DNA of 27,303 bases, taken from assembly GCA_000934665.2 (NCBI GenBank), contig JYFJ02000290.1, forward strand, positions 124,001-151,303, written 5' to 3'. Numbering within the stretch: the first letter of the stretch is position 1; every line of letters starts with the position of its first letter. The stretch is from Catajapyx aquilonaris. Its lineage: Eukaryota. Both the position numbers and the translations under genes were made by a program. The notes under the pieces were generated by a model. It saw only the letters and a list, made by a program, of their open reading frames with translations. It was not told the DNA's origin and made no database searches. Below are positions 21,191 to 27,303 of this stretch, in pieces.

Positions 21191-23765
21191 ACCGCGTTCC
21201 TGAATAAGTTGCGTCTAGCAATATTTTTCGAATCCTTGAAACCATCGATGCCAAGTTTTTAATGGTATTTTCATATCCTAGCACGACATGCGAGTTTAGA
21301 ATACTCCGCACGTATGCACACAATATGTAATGTCATAATTATCATGTCATATTCCAATAACGCAATATTCTGTAATAATAGTCTACAGACTATTATTATA
21401 TACTCGTACATAAATATAGATATTTATTCGACAGCATAATGAGAGACTCCGCATAAAGCCCACGAGACAATGTTGCTTAATTTGTTGATATGTTGTAAAT
21501 AATGTTACCGTAGCTGAGAAAGCGTACCCAAATATCCGACGGGTTTCTAATATCGGATACACGCGTATTCTCTGCTCAACAATGAAAATCTGCCACATCG
21601 AAATGGGGAAGTAACCTTCATTTTGGAAACTACATAATAAAATCGCCCATATTTTTTGGATTTTTTTGGCATATTCCGTTTTACGATATCAGTTTCAGTT
21701 CCGGAGAAAGTAACAATAGCAACAACTGAGCCCTGATTTCAGTTTGCAACAAGTCACATTTCAACAAAGAAATTAAATGCTGTAGTGTCCCCTGATCCCA
21801 CGGCGCGTCAGGAACACCTCGCTAATAACTGGCCCCGGACAGCTCTTATAAACAGTTATATTCTCCACAATAGGTAAACACCTCTGTTCTATTACACAGT
21901 CAGTGAAAGACTAATCGTTCCAAACAGTCAAACATATCAACACTGCAGCTCCCAGCATAACAACGGTTTCCAATAAGTAATCCTCCTGACAACAATACAG
22001 TTCTGTTGCCAGGACTCGAACCACTACAATACTATGCTGTCTCCTGCCTTTTATGCAGACGCTCTCATTATATACTGCGGAATAAATATATCATTACTTT
22101 ACGTTATTATTGGGATTATTGGGTGCCACGCAGCAAGCAGCAGCCGTATACACCACGCAGAAGAATAATATTCTCAAGGTAAGCCCAGGGTATGCGGAGG
22201 CTAACACAGCCGACGAATCCGCCTCCAACTACGTGTACTAACTGTATAATAACACTGGGGAACAAATTTTTGGTTGCATTGATACCAGCACTACTTGTTC
22301 TTACCTAATTTGAATGTGCTGAATCCAAATACGATTTTAGTTTTTCTCTGTAAGCTCCAGAAGTCTAGATTTTCTACAATTCATTTTTTTTTTTGGTTGC
22401 GACATTTTGACTCCTGTCGCATGATGACATGATCTCTCCGAGGAATTTATGGTCATACAGTCTTGAAATTAGGCTTAAACAACCGTCTTGGTAAAGATAT
22501 ATTCTTTTTCATTCACAAAAAAGTCGTAGGTCCATCACAATATGCATTAAAGTCTGAAAAAAGTCAAAAAATATCGGAAAAGTATGTCCCAATTTTTAAA
22601 TCCTGTAACTTGTAGACCTATCTTCATGATATAAGTTTTGAAATGCTAAGAAATGTCAAACGTTTTGGGATCACCTTAGTTTGTTTCGATATGAGCTCCA
22701 TTTGTCGCTAGGCAAATGTAGATTAATAGTAATCGGCGTCGTGCCTAACCCACTCAGACATGTCTTGCGTTACCGTTGCTCTCTTTTCCCTGTTTATTAC
22801 CCCTGTGTTTAAAATCTGTTTGACATGTGGTATATGAATGGCCAAATTCGCTTTAACTCTATAATTTTCATCGGAGGAACAGAGAAATGTGTGTTTTCCT
22901 TTGTCTGCGTGATATTATTTTTCATTTGGTTACACAGTTACAAATTTCACGACTTTATGTTTCATCATGTACTTTCTACTGTAGTCGTTCATAAAATGCC
23001 ACGTGTTCTAGGGGGATGTATTTAGCCTCTCCGTGGGTGTTTCGGCCAACTCACTTTAACTTCAGGATATTTAGTATCAATCGTTGTCATAAAACAATGT
23101 CACATTGCCGGATTGCGCAATCTGCAGTGAGACTGCACGAATAAGGGAGGGAACACAGGACAATGCATTGCGTACATGTTCGTCGTGAAAAGCACTCCCA
23201 ATGCAACACCTGTCATGAATAATCCGCCATGTCCACTTACATTTGAGCCTTGCCGTTTTCAACACTCGTTGAAACTCAAGAACAGGTGTCAGGGGAATTA
23301 TTTAAAACGCTAAGGACCCTGATGCAAATCGATCAATTGGTATTAAACTGCAACAATCATGTCGCAATCTGTAATTCATTTTATTTGCACAAAAGGAACC
23401 ATGACAGACCCCTGCGTAGCGACACACAATGTGAATAAGGTCGGACACTTTCAGCAGTTGATGTGATGTGCAAGTAATTTCCCCATCCTTACATATATGC
23501 ACTCTCATTTGCATATTGCGATACTGTTAATTCATCAAGTCGATCGCAGGACTTATTCGAAAAGTTCCCACTGAAACACCCTCTATTTTTAGGACCAATT
23601 CAAAATTACGTACGCAATGCAACGATTGGCAAATTTATCAATCATTTTGCAACTAGGCAAATGCGACAAGAGAGTCCATTGACACCTACCCCCAATGTAG
23701 GCCCATGTCACTAATTTCCAGGTGCGTAGTTGACCCATGTGCATATTTTCTCCTTTTCAGAAGCC

Positions 23766-24029
23766 ATGTCTAGGGACAAGGTGCGACGCAACTTGTTCGG
23801 GCCGGTCAACCACGAGGAAGTGTCCGAGATCTTGAGTGCCCAAATGATGGACATCAGCGATGAGGCTAGAGCGCGGGCTATAGAGAAGTATAACTTCGAC
23901 ATCCTGACTGAGACTCCGTTGGATGGGCCGTTCGAGTGGGTGATGGTGACGGCGACCCCTGAGGCTGACCCCTGGGGAGGAAGAGGCCAGGCGGCCTTCA
24001 GGATGAGAAGGCGGCCGCGGCCGGAGTAG
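23766..24029 (+). CDS. Cip/Kip-family cyclin-dependent kinase inhibitor (p21/p27/Dacapo-like), 87 aa
   Basis: Strong acceptor ttttctccttttcag ending at 23760, then gccATG. MSRDKVRRNLFGPVNHEEV..ARAIEKYNFDILTETPLDGPFEWVMV matches the CDI domain as recalled (p27 RNLFGPVDHEEL..KWNFDF..PLEGKYEW; p21 RWNFDFVTETPLEG). Basic tail RMRRRPRPE. Candidate 5'UTR donor AAG|GTAAGC at 22179. Confidence 0.88.
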   Translation: MSRDKVRRNLFGPVNHEEVSEILSAQMMDISDEARARAIEKYNFDILTETPLDGPFEWVMVTATPEADPWGGRGQAAFRMRRRPRPE

Positions 24030-24559
24030 TATACCGTTGTAGTAATTTTTTAAAACGCTTTACAGATCTGGAAATGCACACTGCACCAAAGTATCCAGTG
24101 AGATAGGTGCTAGTGAATGTTAACTCTAGTCGGGAGGAAATGTGAAGGAGTGCTGTGAAGTAACTGGTTGGTTGTGTGCATAAAAGATCGTACATATGCT
24201 TTCATGCTTTTAATTTCATGTTGACACACCTTACCCATTTTTTTACAGGAGCTCCGTAAGTAACACTCCACGTAATGTAGAGGATATGCATTTTATAGAA
24301 TCGATGCCAATAAGTTGCACCACAGCAGAATGGCGATGATTTATCCTTATTATTTCTTGCCATTTTCATATTCGAGCACGACATACGAGTGTAAAATAAT
24401 AATCAATGGAGTAACAGACGTATGAACTCATTATGTTAGACATGCCATATTAGCCCAATAATGTAATACAGCAGAATAATGAACGAGTATGTATAAAGAA
24501 CATGAGGTAATGCTCCTTAATTCCTTGATACAGTTATGTTGCAAATGGCTAATTCCACG

Positions 24560-25929
24560 CGTGACTTACACGACATGACATTCACATCAGTTCATGCCTA
24601 TATCTTTAGCATGTAAGGAAATGGTGTTTAATCATAACTAAGCAGTAAGTATCTATGTGATAATTAATGGTTTCATTTTTTACAGCTACACATTTCAGTT
24701 ATATAAATATAAAAACTTTATAAATGAATTCGTGACTTACACGACATGAAAGCCATCATTGGTAACAGAGGCTTCAGATGTAAACGTAAATTTCTTTCCA
24801 TTTATAACCTAAATGTCACTGTTTTTTAGGCGAGTACATTTCCAAAGACCCAATAATTTCTTTTGTGGCCTACACGACAATTTTTTTTAAATGTTACTTA
24901 CACGGCGACACTTGTGTCCTGATTGCTTTCTGATTCGATTTATGAGATTTTTATTATTATTTGTAGGACAGAAAGAAAGTAATCTCTGTTACATGTTCTT
25001 TTAATAAAACATTTAAATGATATGCCAACATGAGAAAGTCCAGGGCTTTTGAACATATCTAAGGCCGTCAAATTACCCATCTGCTGGGATGAATTAGCGG
25101 TATACCGGAAGCTTGTGGTGTACAATGTCTTTAATAAGTCTAGTGAAAAATGAACACTGATTTTTAAAACTCGAAATAGGAAAATTTGGAAATAACAGAA
25201 TGCTCTAGTTCATAATCCCCAAGTGTATTAAAATAATTAGATTTTCTTAGTCAGGAAAATAAACAACTTCTTTTCCACATTTCATCAAGCGTAGCTATTC
25301 TTCTTTCAATATCTCTTGATCCGATGAATGTAATTATTACATATGATAAACTGTACAGGCAACTTCTGCAAATTCTTCATCTGTGTTTGAATCAAACTGT
25401 CTGGCATTGATGGTTTCTCAAACTCGTCATTTTGCCTCTTCAAGGCTTCTCTCTCATCAAAAGTAACTGCTTTTAAAAAATTACACCTTTCCTTTTGCCT
25501 AACCCTGTAATGCCCACTGGGTCATATTTGGCACACACCTTAGTGCAATTTTTGCAATTTTTGCAATTTTTATATTTCCTGTAAGTGCCAAATTGCTCTA
25601 AATGGTGTGCCAGATATGACCCAAGGGGCATTACAGGGTTAAATGCACTTATTTTGAACAGTTCTTACACTTATCTTCCTGCTTTTTCTTCTTTTCTGCT
25701 ACTGTAAGTGCTACTTTAACTACTGGCAAACATTAGTGACAGTGGCACCTAAGCGTAAACGTGACTTACACGACAAAAATTAAACGGCTATAACAATGTT
25801 CCGACCAAAATCACCCAAATATTCTTTATTATTTGACGGGTACTACTGTGTAATGAGAAGGTAATTAATAACAACTATTAGATTTTTAAATTACATATAA
25901 GGAATTGAAAAATCGTGACTTACACGACA
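24560..25929 (+). repeat. Dispersed 16-bp motif CGTGACTTACACGACA (4 exact and 2 degenerate copies), probably transposon subterminal repeats
   Basis: Exact at 24560, 24731, 25760 and 25914; degenerate at 24864 and 24892; all in the same orientation. Confidence 0.75.
25503..25638. mobile_element. piggyBac-type MITE (136 bp)
   Basis: ctaa|ccctgtaatgccc..tgggtcatat.tggcacac ... gtgtgccagatatgaccca..gggcattacaggg|ttaa: CCC/GGG termini with a TTAA-like TSD (left copy has one mismatch). Confidence 0.85.
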
Positions 25930-27303
25930 CACAAAGATGGTATTTAAATGTGCTATTTTCAATTCTGAATAAGTCATTGCAGTACAAAGGTAAATATGTA
26001 ATACATTCACCTATAGATCTTATGTGATAGAAATCACAGTTTACTGCATGAAAAAACTATACCTTACTTGTTGAATATACGAGTATTATGAAGATTTATA
26101 TGGGGCCTCAGAACAAAGACATTTGCACACACGCCACATTGAAAATAAACGCTGTTGTTAACTCGAATTTATGTGAAAATTGTCGAATATATTTGTTTCA
26201 AAAATTAATAAGCTCTTAGAAAGGACCATAGTATCATAGGCATGATTTATTGTATAATCTGACAACTCCGTTGCATACATTTGCATGGAATTAGCCAAAT
26301 ATGCAGCTGTTTAGCTAAGAAAAGTACCAAAATATCTGGCAGGTTTCTAATAATGGACGGCAATGAAAATCTCCCACAATCATATAGAGATTCTTATCTA
26401 ACTGTAAGTAGAACTCAATCTAGTAACATGACGCCACAAAAAATGCCCACTCCTCCTCTGTCATTGTTGCAGTTTTTTTTTGCACTATACAAAGTGCAGT
26501 GCGGGAGTCGAAATTAGCGTGGAAATTGCTTGGCATCACATTATGACGCGACCGTAAAATGAAAACGTCGGATCCGATTGGCCCATGCAAATTCGAAAGG
26601 ACCAACCGGACACTGATGGACCGCGACTCCAATCGCTTTGCATTATAAAGCTTAAAAGTGCAGCACGTGCCATCATATCAAACACATTTTTGCAACGTAT
26701 ATTTGTGCGAAATTGGCATGTAAAAATTTGGCCAGTGACGGATCGATATCCATCATGCGGACAATTATTGCGTCTCAGTGGTGCAATTCCCAACATGTAA
26801 GTTGAAAGGGAATTGTTCACTTCAGCAACCAGCTTTACTTGTATAGGGTATAATTATGGTAAAACAATATGTTGCTTCTCAATTTAAGGTGGAAATGAAG
26901 CGACTTGCTAATCAAATGAGAGTCTAGAATTGGAATGTTAATAAGAAGGGCTAAAATCAGGGAAACATACGCAACCGATGCAGCAGTAAATGCTGTTCAA
27001 TCCTATGCATTCCATTCGAATCTGCGTTTTAAACTCGATTTAATATGGGCCTATTACCGGCTGCAAGTTTTTGTGCGCAGGCGCCATTTTCACGACTGCC
27101 AACTTAAACATGGTATTTGGAGGTGTGCTTAATATTTTTTATTTTTGATGGAAATCGATTTAATCCGGTCGTAATTACGAGGTCCCTATTTGTCATGGCA
27201 TTTTTTAAAGTTCAGTTCCGAAAGGGGAGCCTGTAGCTCTTCATTTGTGTCGGATTTGGAACACGTTCAGTTGGTACGCGGGTGACAGATAGAAGCGGCA
27301 ACG

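Noticed and set aside
24560..25929. CRISPR-like array
   Set aside because: Eukaryotic context, 16-bp repeat, irregular long spacers and no cas genes.

Overview
Eukaryotic genomic DNA, probably from an arthropod (inferred from DRE promoter elements and ~50-nt GT-AG introns). The left half is gene-dense. It holds a complete 10-exon GAPVD1/RME-6 gene (minus, 7-5184), an unrecognised 6-exon, 233-aa gene (minus, 6789-9442) whose long introns carry MITEs, a 5-exon DNase II gene (plus, 10095-11347) head-to-head with that gene across a DRE/CDE-CHR promoter, and the last two coding exons of PHPT1/janus-like (minus, 11684-12662). I could not find the first PHPT1 coding exon in the window. The right half (13-27 kb), possibly one very large PHPT1 intron, is a mosaic of duplicated and inverted blocks. 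It contains a KRBA2/SCAND3-like integrase relic, several copies of a ~350-bp repeat in both orientations, a compact 87-aa Cip/Kip CDK inhibitor gene (23766-24029) and a pseudogenised duplicate of it (~18818-18974). All gene models were assembled by eye and family calls come from recalled motifs; no searches were run.
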